This document shows positions 8,905 through 16,852 of a stretch of 39,747 bases of DNA, one piece after another. The DNA comes from a virus (lineage: Duplodnaviria; Caudoviricetes): the IMG/VR virus record IMGVR_UViG_3300005058_000160, positions 1 through 39,747 of that record, one strand, 5' to 3'. The notes beneath the pieces were generated by a model that was not told the DNA's origin, did not search any database, and worked only from the letters and a program-made list of their open reading frames with translations. Made by a program: the position numbers and the translations under genes. Position 1 is the stretch's first letter. Each line of letters begins with the position of its first letter.

Positions 8905-11577
8905 TTAATCGCTGGGGCGCTTGCCGGCCTTGTCGCGCTGGAAGACCCAGCACTTGATGGAATGGCCGGTGAGGGCGGAATTGACGGTCTTGACGTCGAC
9001 GAACTTGCGGGCGCGGCTGGTGCGCAGCAGCTTCTTGATCTCGGACATTTCCGGGATCTGCTGGCGGGCGTTCTCGGCCTTGAAGACGAACTCGTTGAGG
9101 TTGATCGCGATCAGGTTGTCGTCGCGGCTGTGGTTGAGGACGTCGCCGGCCGACTTGCTCTCGATGTGGTCGAAGATTTCCCAGAATTCCTGGACGCGCG
9201 GATGGTCGGCGTTGATCGCCTGCTGGCGTTCCTCGGCCATGGCGACGATCTCTTCGATGACCGCTTCGTAGGCCTCGTCGCTGAACTTGACGACGTGGCG
9301 CAGGGCATCGACCAGGGCCATCAGCTGGGCGTGGTTGTGGATGATCCGCTGCTGCTTGATGTTCTGATTGGCGTCGAGGATCTTCACGTAGAGCGGGTGG
9401 CGCTCGGCGATGGTCTTCATGATCTCGGCCTCGGCCTTGGTCGCCATCAGGATGAACTGGCTGCACTTGCTGACCGGGTAGCCGGCCAGGCGCTTGAAGT
9501 TGGCGCGGCTTTCGTCGGTTGGCTGCTTTGCCTCCAGCCAGACATGCATGAGGCGCTGCATGAAGGCGTCGCTGGCGCTGACGGTGGCGTTCTGGCTGAT
9601 GACGATGGCGCCGCGGAAGGGCGGCTCGCGGGTGTCGTTGCCGCCGTTCTTGACGCCGGTGCTGCGGACGCTGCGACCGTTGAAGGCGGTCTTCAGCTCG
9701 TCCCAGTCGAAGCCCTTCTGCTTGTTCTTGTCGCCATCGCCGCTGTCGCGGTCGGACTCGATCAGCACGATCGGCAGGTTGCTGACCTGGGCGAAGTTGC
9801 GGGCGCGCGCGGCGATGGTGGCCTTCTGCGGGTCGAAGCCTTCGTAGGCGGTGCGGCCGCAGAGCTTCCACATGAATTCGATCAGCGTCGATTTGCCGGA
9901 GTTGGGTTCGCCGACGATCTCGATGAAGGGGAAGGATTCCAGCTGGGCACGGATCTGCTCGGCGAACAGGCTGCCGAGCCAGAAGGCCAGGGCGACGATG
10001 CCCTTCTCGCGGAAGCACTTCCACAGCAGCGCCGACCATTCGGCGTCGTAGTCCTTCAGGTCCGGGTTGATGTGCAGGTTGACAGACTGGTTCAGCGACT
10101 TGATCGCCAGCTTGCCGATGTCGAAGAAGTCCTCGTCGTTGAGCTCATGGACGCGGCCGTCCTTGACCGCCAGGTCGTCGAACACCCAGGCGCCGTGGTC
10201 CTTGCTGTAGCCGATGTAGTCGATGGTCTGCACCGTCTTGATGCCGAACATCTGTTTCTGCATCCACAGGTCGAGGTGCAGCTGGTTGCCGGTGTAGAGG
10301 GCGCCGGGTGCCATGTGCAGCAGGCGCTTGCGGAATTCGCTGGCGCTGGCTAGCTGGGCGCCGGTGAAGGTGCTCTTGACCGCCGGGCCGTCGTGCGGGA
10401 AGTCGATGCGTAGGTAGTACCAGGCTTCGTCGGTGAGCGGCGCCGCCTGGTAGTAGAGGGCGGTGGGGTTGCAGTTGGCGATTTCTCGCACCGAGCGGCT
10501 GGCTTCCATGGCCAGATCCTTGATCTGCTCCGGGCTGATGCCGCTGCCTTCCTTCTCTTCGGTGATCGAGCGCAGCGAGGCCTGGAACTTGACGGCGTCG
10601 AACTCGAACCAGTAGAGGCGGTTGTCGAAGTCGAAATAGAACATCGACCACTGCTTGTGCCGGTACATCAGCATGCCCTTGTCGCTGGCGCTCTTGGCCG
10701 TCAGCAGGCGGCCGCGGTAGCGGCAGTCGGCAATGTCCTCGGCGGTCAGGCGGTTGGCCTGGTGCTGGTCATTCCAGTCTCGCTTGACGCGGCCCTGCTG
10801 GCGGATGATGGCGGCCGATGAATCCCAGCCTTCGGTACGGCTGCGGTCGACCCACTTGCGGATGTAGTCCTGCCCGGCCTTGTCTCCATCCAGCGCCCAA
10901 ACCAGCTTCGGGCGCTTCTTGTCGTTCTCGGCGCACTGTTCGGCCAGCGCGGTAAGGAAGAGGTGCGGATAGTTGTTGCACGACATCGCCGAGCCGGCCC
11001 AGATGTCGTGGTGCATCAGCGCGATGCTGTCGAAGATGCCCTCGACGATCCATATTTCGTCCTCCGGCATCTTCATCGGCGGCGTCCAGAGCGTGCCCTG
11101 ATATTTACAGCCGAAGTTGAAGTGGGCCTTCTTCTTTCCGAAGCGGGACGGCCGGTCGATCAACCGCTCCCAATAACCGCCGCCGGCGAGCGGGAAGCGG
11201 ACGGTGGTGCTGCCGATGCCCAGTTCGTGGCTGTGGTAGTACTCCTGGACGTAGGTGCCGGCGATCTTCTCGATATCGAAGCCGCGGGCGTTCTTCAGGT
11301 AGGCGTCGGCGGCGGCGTTGGGGTTCTCCGGCGTCTTCTGGAAGCGGGTGCCCCAGTTGTCGAAGAGATCGGGGTACTGGTCCTTGATGTGGATCTCGGC
11401 GCCGCACTTGGCCAGCCGGCCGCACTTCAATACCCAGGGGTGCTCCTTGCTGGTGAAGAGTTCCTTCTTTCCGCAGGTTGGGCACTTGCCGCCGCGCAGC
11501 CAGTCGCCGGCGGTCTTCTTGAACTCGAAGTCCGCCTCGATGCGGGGGAGGACTTCGCGGTAGAGGTCGTGGTTCAT
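8905..11577 (-). CDS. Zinc-finger/TOPRIM primase-helicase replication protein
   Basis: CPTC...C-x4-C zinc finger, TOPRIM IVEGIFD...LDGD, Walker A GEPNSGKST. Confidence 0.9.
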   Translation of the reverse strand: MNHDLYREVLPRIEADFEFKKTAGDWLRGGKCPTCGKKELFTSKEHPWVLKCGRLAKCGAEIHIKDQYPDLFDNWGTRFQKTPENPNAAADAYLKNARGFDIEKIAGTYVQEYYHSHELGIGSTTVRFPLAGGGYWERLIDRPSRFGKKKAHFNFGCKYQGTLWTPPMKMPEDEIWIVEGIFDSIALMHHDIWAGSAMSCNNYPHLFLTALAEQCAENDKKRPKLVWALDGDKAGQDYIRKWVDRSRTEGWDSSAAIIRQQGRVKRDWNDQHQANRLTAEDIADCRYRGRLLTAKSASDKGMLMYRHKQWSMFYFDFDNRLYWFEFDAVKFQASLRSITEEKEGSGISPEQIKDLAMEASRSVREIANCNPTALYYQAAPLTDEAWYYLRIDFPHDGPAVKSTFTGAQLASASEFRKRLLHMAPGALYTGNQLHLDLWMQKQMFGIKTVQTIDYIGYSKDHGAWVFDDLAVKDGRVHELNDEDFFDIGKLAIKSLNQSVNLHINPDLKDYDAEWSALLWKCFREKGIVALAFWLGSLFAEQIRAQLESFPFIEIVGEPNSGKSTLIEFMWKLCGRTAYEGFDPQKATIAARARNFAQVSNLPIVLIESDRDSGDGDKNKQKGFDWDELKTAFNGRSVRSTGVKNGGNDTREPPFRGAIVISQNATVSASDAFMQRLMHVWLEAKQPTDESRANFKRLAGYPVSKCSQFILMATKAEAEIMKTIAERHPLYVKILDANQNIKQQRIIHNHAQLMALVDALRHVVKFSDEAYEAVIEEIVAMAEERQQAINADHPRVQEFWEIFDHIESKSAGDVLNHSRDDNLIAINLNEFVFKAENARQQIPEMSEIKKLLRTSRARKFVDVKTVNSALTGHSIKCWVFQRDKAGKRPSD

Positions 11578-11762
11578 TTGCAGGCTGCGCAGCGCTTCAC
11601 GAAGGTGCAGAGCCCGGCCGCGTCGCTGCGCTTGCCGAGGAAGACCGGGCGGACCGGTGTCTTGCGGAAGAGGCGGAACTCGCTTCCCTTCTCGACGAAG
11701 AAGAGGCCGGCGGCGCTGGCGATGCGGCGGGCTTCCTTCAGGTAATCAGTGCTGGTTTTCAT
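11574..11762 (-). CDS. Small hypothetical protein (62 aa)
   Basis: ATGA-coupled to the primase start. Confidence 0.65.
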   Translation of the reverse strand: MKTSTDYLKEARRIASAAGLFFVEKGSEFRLFRKTPVRPVFLGKRSDAAGLCTFVKRCAACK

Positions 11763-11851
11763 GGCGGCTCAGTTTTTTGGCAAAAAAAGTCCCTGCGGGC
11801 CGTTTCCGGCACGTCGGCTGGTGAATCGAAAAGGGGTTGGTGGCTAGGGCG

Positions 11852-12154
11852 TCAGCCGGTGGCCAGGCGGGGCGGCGGGTGGTTCATGCCGAGCTCCAGT
11901 TGTGCGCTGGCTGCCTGCTGTGCCGCGGCTTGCGAGCGAGGGGAGAGGGGGATATAGACGCCGGGCTTGGGGTTGATTGACGGCGCAATGGTGCGGACGG
12001 CGACCAGCTGGGCAACCCAGCTGTGCATGCACTCCGGGTTGTCGCAGGTGACCGTCGCCTCGCGGACCGTGTCGCACATCTGCTTGGAGCTGCGCACCGT
12101 CGAGGTTTGCCCGCAGTGCGGGCAGGCGACGCGCCATTGATTGAATTCGCTCAT
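11852..12154 (-). CDS. ogr: Ogr/Delta-family late-transcription activator
   Basis: CPHCG-x-RSS...CDNPECMHSW zinc finger followed by RTIAPS. Confidence 0.9.
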   Translation of the reverse strand: MSEFNQWRVACPHCGQTSTVRSSKQMCDTVREATVTCDNPECMHSWVAQLVAVRTIAPSINPKPGVYIPLSPRSQAAAQQAASAQLELGMNHPPPRLATG

Positions 12155-12732
12155 GGCTTCCTCCGGTTGCGGATGCGGGCCATCAGGCCGCGCGCCTTCT
12201 TGATGGTGGAGGCCATCAGGCCGAGCTTCTTCTCGGCCTGCTCGGCCTCGCCGGCCTGAACGCCGTCCAGCAGCTGGCTGGTGGCGATGGTGGCCTGCGC
12301 GCCGTGGTCGACAATTGCCTGGAAGGCTTCGACCAGTTCGGCCTGGGTGACGTCGGCATCGTCTTCATGGCCGGCTTCGACATGCAGGCATAGCGGCTGC
12401 AGCAGGTCGTTGAGCAGCAGCACGCGGCGTTCGTCCGGCAGCGCGGCAAGCAGCGACAGCACGAAATTGAAGGGGAGGAGGTTCTTGTCCTTGGTGTGGT
12501 CGTCAAGCCAGCGGAAGACGCGGTCGGCATTGACGCGCATGCGCTCGAAGGTGTCGGTGGTCGGCGGCTCGAAGGTGATGCCGGTAAATGCCGGGCCGCC
12601 GATTCGGATGTGGGCCTGGACGATCAGGTCGGCGACGGTTTCGCGGGACCAGCGGTTCTCCCGGCGCCAGGCTTCGACGTGGTCGCGGACGATGGCGATC
12701 GGGCTGGGGTGCGTTGCGCGCTGCATGACCAT
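12151..12732 (-). CDS. Putative CII-like regulator
   Basis: Second gene of the early operon; helical, with an N-terminal HTH-like segment. Function inferred from position. Confidence 0.55.
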   Translation of the reverse strand: MVMQRATHPSPIAIVRDHVEAWRRENRWSRETVADLIVQAHIRIGGPAFTGITFEPPTTDTFERMRVNADRVFRWLDDHTKDKNLLPFNFVLSLLAALPDERRVLLLNDLLQPLCLHVEAGHEDDADVTQAELVEAFQAIVDHGAQATIATSQLLDGVQAGEAEQAEKKLGLMASTIKKARGLMARIRNRRKP

Positions 12733-12746
12733 TTCTTCCCGTCTCC

Positions 12747-13007
12747 CTATTCTGTGATGGAAGAAAGGGCCGGCGAGGAGGGAGGAGTCTCCCCGCCGGA
12801 AAAATCCACTGCCCCCGGGGGGTGAAGAGCAGCAGAGGAGACGACGAGAGGGAGGCCGACGAGATAGGCCTGGCGAGCCAGGTGAGACTTGGAAACATTC
12901 AATTCCCGAGATAACCGATCAGCATCGGCCAATTCGGACTGCATCAGCCGCAATGCGATTGGCTTGCTGCTGACGAGTCCGTCGGGGTTGCGCTTGGTTG
13001 GTTCCAT
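12747..13007 (-). CDS. Ribbon-helix-helix protein in the Cro/Cox position
   Basis: KPIALRL beta strand followed by two helices (ELADADRLSRELNVSKSHLARQAY); divergent from cI. Confidence 0.65.
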   Translation of the reverse strand: MEPTKRNPDGLVSSKPIALRLMQSELADADRLSRELNVSKSHLARQAYLVGLPLVVSSAALHPPGAVDFSGGETPPSSPALSSITE

Positions 13008-13040
13008 GAGGATGATGCGTTCTCTGAGTAAGTGTTACAC

Positions 13041-13069
13041 ATCATAGGGAAGGAAAATTCCCATGTCAA
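13041..13069 (-). promoter_or_regulatory. Lytic early promoter with an operator in its spacer
   Basis: Minus strand TTGACA(13069-13064)-N17-TATGAT(13046-13041). The palindrome GGGAA-N6-TTCCC (13047-13062) fills the spacer. Confidence 0.85.
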
Positions 13070-13419
13070 CCAATTGCGGGGAAGAAATCTTCGGTATCGG
13101 TCAGCGACTGAGGGAAGAGCGCGACCGTATCGGCCTCAGTCAAGTGGTTTTCGGCGCGAAGCTCGATACGACTGATCGGACAGTGAAGAAGTGGGAGGGG
13201 AATGAAACTTCCCCTAGAGCGACTGATTTGCTCGCCGCTGCCGGCCTCGGGGTTGACGTTTTGTATGTAGTGACGGGGCAGAGGGCGCCGCTGGCGATCA
13301 GGCAAGAGACGGGGGGATATACGGCGGCGCAGCGTCTTGCCGAATTCATCGCCCCACTGACATTGAGCGAGGAAGACGCCGACATGCTGCGCGGTCTTGC
13401 TCAGCGACTATCGATATAG
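13063..13419 (+). CDS. XRE-family HTH repressor (CI/C-like), no peptidase domain
   Basis: IGQRLREERDRIGLSQVVFGAKLDTTDRTVKKWEGNETSP...GVDVLYVVTG. Confidence 0.9.
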   Translation: MSTNCGEEIFGIGQRLREERDRIGLSQVVFGAKLDTTDRTVKKWEGNETSPRATDLLAAAGLGVDVLYVVTGQRAPLAIRQETGGYTAAQRLAEFIAPLTLSEEDADMLRGLAQRLSI

Positions 13420-13470
13420 GCAAGAGTGTTACACTATGGCAAAAGAATAGTCGTTTGCCATGGGGGTGGT

Positions 13471-13695
13471 ATGGATAGGAGAGGGGTTTTTAAGGCCCTT
13501 CTTGGTTTGGCGCTGTTGCCGATGATCGGTAGCGCCGAGGCCAGGGGTAGGCGTTCCGGCGGCGGGCGGTCCTATCGACCGCGATCGAGCGGCGGCTATC
13601 GTTATTCAGGCGGTGGTGGTCGTGGAGGCTGTGGCAGCAGGGGGGGCCCCGGGTGGCGAAAACCGAATGGACAGTGTGCATCATGGCGCGACTGA
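13471..13695 (+). CDS. Tat-signal, Gly/Arg-rich, two-cysteine peptide
   Basis: MDRRGVFK, then a hydrophobic core and an AEA cleavage site; 50-aa mature peptide. GGGGGTGGT RBS. Confidence 0.7.
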   Translation: MDRRGVFKALLGLALLPMIGSAEARGRRSGGGRSYRPRSSGGYRYSGGGGRGGCGSRGGPGWRKPNGQCASWRD

Positions 13696-14066
13696 TCCTG
13701 CTGGCCGCGCTCGTCGTTTCGCAATCCGTCATGGCTGCAAGCCCGCCCGAGCAGCTGGCGATCGAAACCTATCGACACCTGGTGTCGTCAGAAGATTTGC
13801 TGCAGGGAGCTATACGAAGCGGTGACAAGAACGACTATCAGCGCTTCATCTGGAAACCGGCCGTCGAGATGATGCGCCGTTGGCCAGAGATGGGCGATCC
13901 AGCTTTCGACAAGTACGCGCGCTGCAGGCTTGCGATCAGTCAGTATCTGAACTACTCCGAGGGCCAGTTCAATGCAGCCGGGAAGCTGCCCAAGTCGGCG
14001 ATGTCGTCGAAGGATTATTTCGACCAAAAGAAACAATGCGAGAAAGCACTGAAGGGGAGAATCTAA
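13683..14066 (+). CDS. Exported hypothetical protein (Sec signal, 2 Cys)
   Basis: MARLILLAALVVSQSVMA|AS signal peptide. Confidence 0.7.
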   Translation: MARLILLAALVVSQSVMAASPPEQLAIETYRHLVSSEDLLQGAIRSGDKNDYQRFIWKPAVEMMRRWPEMGDPAFDKYARCRLAISQYLNYSEGQFNAAGKLPKSAMSSKDYFDQKKQCEKALKGRI

Positions 14067-14966
14067 GTGGACCAGTTTGTTTTCGAGACGACACATCGTA
14101 TTTATTTCAGTACCGCCCATGCGGTGCCGATTGGAGAAATCGCGAAATCGTTGATCGCGCTGGAAAAGATCGTCACCTCCAGCGAGGGGGCGTTTGAGGG
14201 AATTACCGCCGTCGATATTGATAAAATCGAGGTGCTGATATCGCGGCTGGAGAGTGGCAGTGTCCTTCAAGACATCGCCATCAAGTTTTTCTTCAAGGAT
14301 CAAGCTGGGCTGGATGCTTTTGTTGCGAAGGTGCGGAGCAAAACTTTGGAGAATGGTGTGGCTGGGAAAAGCCTTGTAGTCGGAGCCGTGCTTGCTAGCG
14401 TCATTGGTGCAGGAGCATATTTCGCAGCGTCGCGGTCCAATAGCGGGCAGACGACAATTACGGCCAACAATAACGTCATCATCAATATTGGCGCTGGCGA
14501 AGTTGGAATGACCCCCGAAGCCTTCAAGGCGATAGTAGAAACCGCTGTCAAAGATAAGAAGGCTCTGGCAGAAAACACCGTCAACTTCTTTAGGCCAGCG
14601 CGTGCAGATCGCGATGCTTCCATTACGTTCGACGACAACGACTCAGTACGTTTCTCGCCGGAGGTGATTTCTGCCACTCCGCTCGCAGTGAAAGTGGAAA
14701 AGCCAGACCATTTCAAGGACTACAGCGACGTCGATTTACAGATCCGAGCGACTGATTTGGACCATCACAAGTCTGGTTGGGCTGGTGTCATCCCAGGCAT
14801 GATTGACCGTCGCATTCCACTAAAGCTCGCGCCAAACCTTAAGCTGACCGATCTGAATCGTTCAGAGGTACGTGCTGACGTGACCGTGTTCTACAAGCGA
14901 AAGAGCCGTGGTAGCGGAAGCGAGCTGCTTCCGGACTACATCCTGGTTCGAAATGTGATTAAGTAA
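14067..14966 (+). CDS. Hypothetical accessory protein with one central hydrophobic segment
   Basis: 299-aa ORF, GTG start after GGGGAG, visibly lower GC; segment LVVGAVLASVIGAGAYFAA. Confidence 0.8.
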   Translation: MDQFVFETTHRIYFSTAHAVPIGEIAKSLIALEKIVTSSEGAFEGITAVDIDKIEVLISRLESGSVLQDIAIKFFFKDQAGLDAFVAKVRSKTLENGVAGKSLVVGAVLASVIGAGAYFAASRSNSGQTTITANNNVIINIGAGEVGMTPEAFKAIVETAVKDKKALAENTVNFFRPARADRDASITFDDNDSVRFSPEVISATPLAVKVEKPDHFKDYSDVDLQIRATDLDHHKSGWAGVIPGMIDRRIPLKLAPNLKLTDLNRSEVRADVTVFYKRKSRGSGSELLPDYILVRNVIK

Positions 14967-14984
14967 ACCTTCCACCTATCAATA

Positions 14985-15016
14985 GCCCGTAATCGTCCTG
15001 ATCGCCGGGTTTTTTT
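14985..15016 (+). terminator. Possible terminator between the accessory cassette and gene D
   Basis: Imperfect GCCCG...CGGGT stem followed by a T run. Confidence 0.4.
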
Positions 15017-15054
15017 CGCCTTATCCACAGACTTACCCCCGGTTTCTGGGGATA

Positions 15055-16395
15055 TCAATCCGGGATCTCGGTCGCCTTGATCTCAAGCTCCAGCCGCTGT
15101 GTGAACCCGCCGTCGGCGTCGATGTCGTTGGTGACGCGAGTGATGATCCAGTCGGTGCTGTCGATCTGCGGTTTGAAGCCGCTGACGATGGCCGGGGTCT
15201 CTGGGTAGAGCTCGGGTATTCCGCGGGCCAGATCGATGCTGAAGCTGGCCATGCCGCGTTGCAGACGGCGCCATTCGGCGCGGGCGGCGCGCAGGGCGTT
15301 GGCGCGGTTGGAATAGACGTGGCGCAGGGTCTTGACGTTGTCGGCGCTGCGCTCGAAGGCGTTGTGGCTGCCGGCCGCGGCGTCAGCGTCACGCTCGGCC
15401 TGGCGCTGGGCTGCTGCGGTACGCTTGGCTTCGTCGGACTTTCCGTAGGTGACTTCGCCGCTGGCCGACAGATTCCGGTCGTCGTATTTGGCGCGCACGC
15501 CGACGTAGGCGGCGCGGGATGCCGGCACGGCCTGCAGGCGCTTCCATTCCGCCCGGGCGGCGCGCAGCGCCTTGGCGCGGGTGGGGTAGGTGCTGACCAG
15601 CGGTTTGTATTGCCCGGCCGTGGGCGCTGGCGCCGGGGCGGCCGGCGTGCCGCGCTCGCTGGAATCTTCGATATCGCCCCAGATGGTCTCGCCCTTCACC
15701 GCCTGATTGACATCGTGATAGAGGGCGCGCACGGCCTGGTATGTCGTGCGGTCTGAGATCAGGAAGCGGTGCCGGTCGCCACTGCGTCGGCTGATGAAAA
15801 CGGCCGGGATTTCCCTGCCGCTGGCGGTGATGCCGGCGCCGGCCGGCGTGAAGAGCAGGCGGCCATTCTTGACCGTGGCGATCGCGTCGTGGCGCTCGCC
15901 CAGGCGGGTCAGAAAGTTGGCGCTGGTCTCGTTGGTCTGGTCGATATGCTCGACAGGCAGGCCGTCGAGGCTGGCGTGAATGACCGGCTGCAGGCCGTTT
16001 TCCTTGGCGATGGTGCGGACGATGGCGCCGATGTTGGTGCTGTCCCATGCCCGTTCTCGCTGGGTGGTCAAGCCGGCGCCGAGGTCGGTGCTGGCGGCAC
16101 GGATGCTGAGCACGTCCGGCGCGCCGCCGTGGCTGACCTCGGCGACGGTGAACTGGCCCTTGTCGGCCAGGCCGTCCGTAGTCCAGCCGAACGCCAGTGT
16201 GATGATGGCGCCGCGCGGCGGCAGATCGAGCGCGCCGTCGCTGTCGTCGAGATCGATATCGACGGTGTCGGCTTCCAGCCCGCGGTTGTCGGTGTGGCTC
16301 AGGCGCATCAGGCGGCGTCGGATGACGCTGTCCAGGCTGACGCCGTCGACGGTGATGGCGACGACGGCCTGCGGGTGCGATTCGGCGCCGGTCAT
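15055..16395 (-). CDS. D: Late control / baseplate hub protein gpD
   Basis: DNRGLEADTVDIDLDD, HIDQTNET, GFKPQIDSTDW; position after U. Confidence 0.92.
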   Translation of the reverse strand: MTGAESHPQAVVAITVDGVSLDSVIRRRLMRLSHTDNRGLEADTVDIDLDDSDGALDLPPRGAIITLAFGWTTDGLADKGQFTVAEVSHGGAPDVLSIRAASTDLGAGLTTQRERAWDSTNIGAIVRTIAKENGLQPVIHASLDGLPVEHIDQTNETSANFLTRLGERHDAIATVKNGRLLFTPAGAGITASGREIPAVFISRRSGDRHRFLISDRTTYQAVRALYHDVNQAVKGETIWGDIEDSSERGTPAAPAPAPTAGQYKPLVSTYPTRAKALRAARAEWKRLQAVPASRAAYVGVRAKYDDRNLSASGEVTYGKSDEAKRTAAAQRQAERDADAAAGSHNAFERSADNVKTLRHVYSNRANALRAARAEWRRLQRGMASFSIDLARGIPELYPETPAIVSGFKPQIDSTDWIITRVTNDIDADGGFTQRLELEIKATEIPD

Positions 16396-16850
16396 TTGAG
16401 GTCAAGCAGGGTGAGCAGATCCTTGCCGACGGTGCCGATCAGGCTGGGGTCGTCATCGGTGCGGGCGAGCTTGAGGCTGAACTCGATCTTGCGGGCGGCG
16501 CCGTCGGGGAAGAAGGCGGTGGCGGTGGTGGCCAGTTCCTCGACGACGTAGAGGCCGTAGAACCAGCCGGTGCCTTCGACCAGCGGCCAGGACATGCCTT
16601 CGTCGGCCATGGCTTCCAGCGCGGCCAGGCTGATGCGGCCGCCGGTGATCTCTGGGTAGAGCACGCCGGACAGGGTGATGATCTCGTCGCCTCTGCCGAC
16701 GAACTGCCGGGCTGGACGGGCGCCGACGCGGCCATTTGCCGGATGGCGCCAGGCAAGCTGGCGCTGCAGCTGCTGGTAGGGCAGCGTGTGCAGGCCGAAG
16801 ACGAAGAGGCCGAGGGCCATCAGCATGTGGATCTGGGGGACGCCGTACAT
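16392..16850 (-). CDS. U: Tail protein gpU
   Basis: MLMALGLFVF...RQFVGRG..ITLSGVLYPE...ARKIEFSLKL. Confidence 0.92.
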   Translation of the reverse strand: MYGVPQIHMLMALGLFVFGLHTLPYQQLQRQLAWRHPANGRVGARPARQFVGRGDEIITLSGVLYPEITGGRISLAALEAMADEGMSWPLVEGTGWFYGLYVVEELATTATAFFPDGAARKIEFSLKLARTDDDPSLIGTVGKDLLTLLDLK

Positions 16851-16852
16851 GG

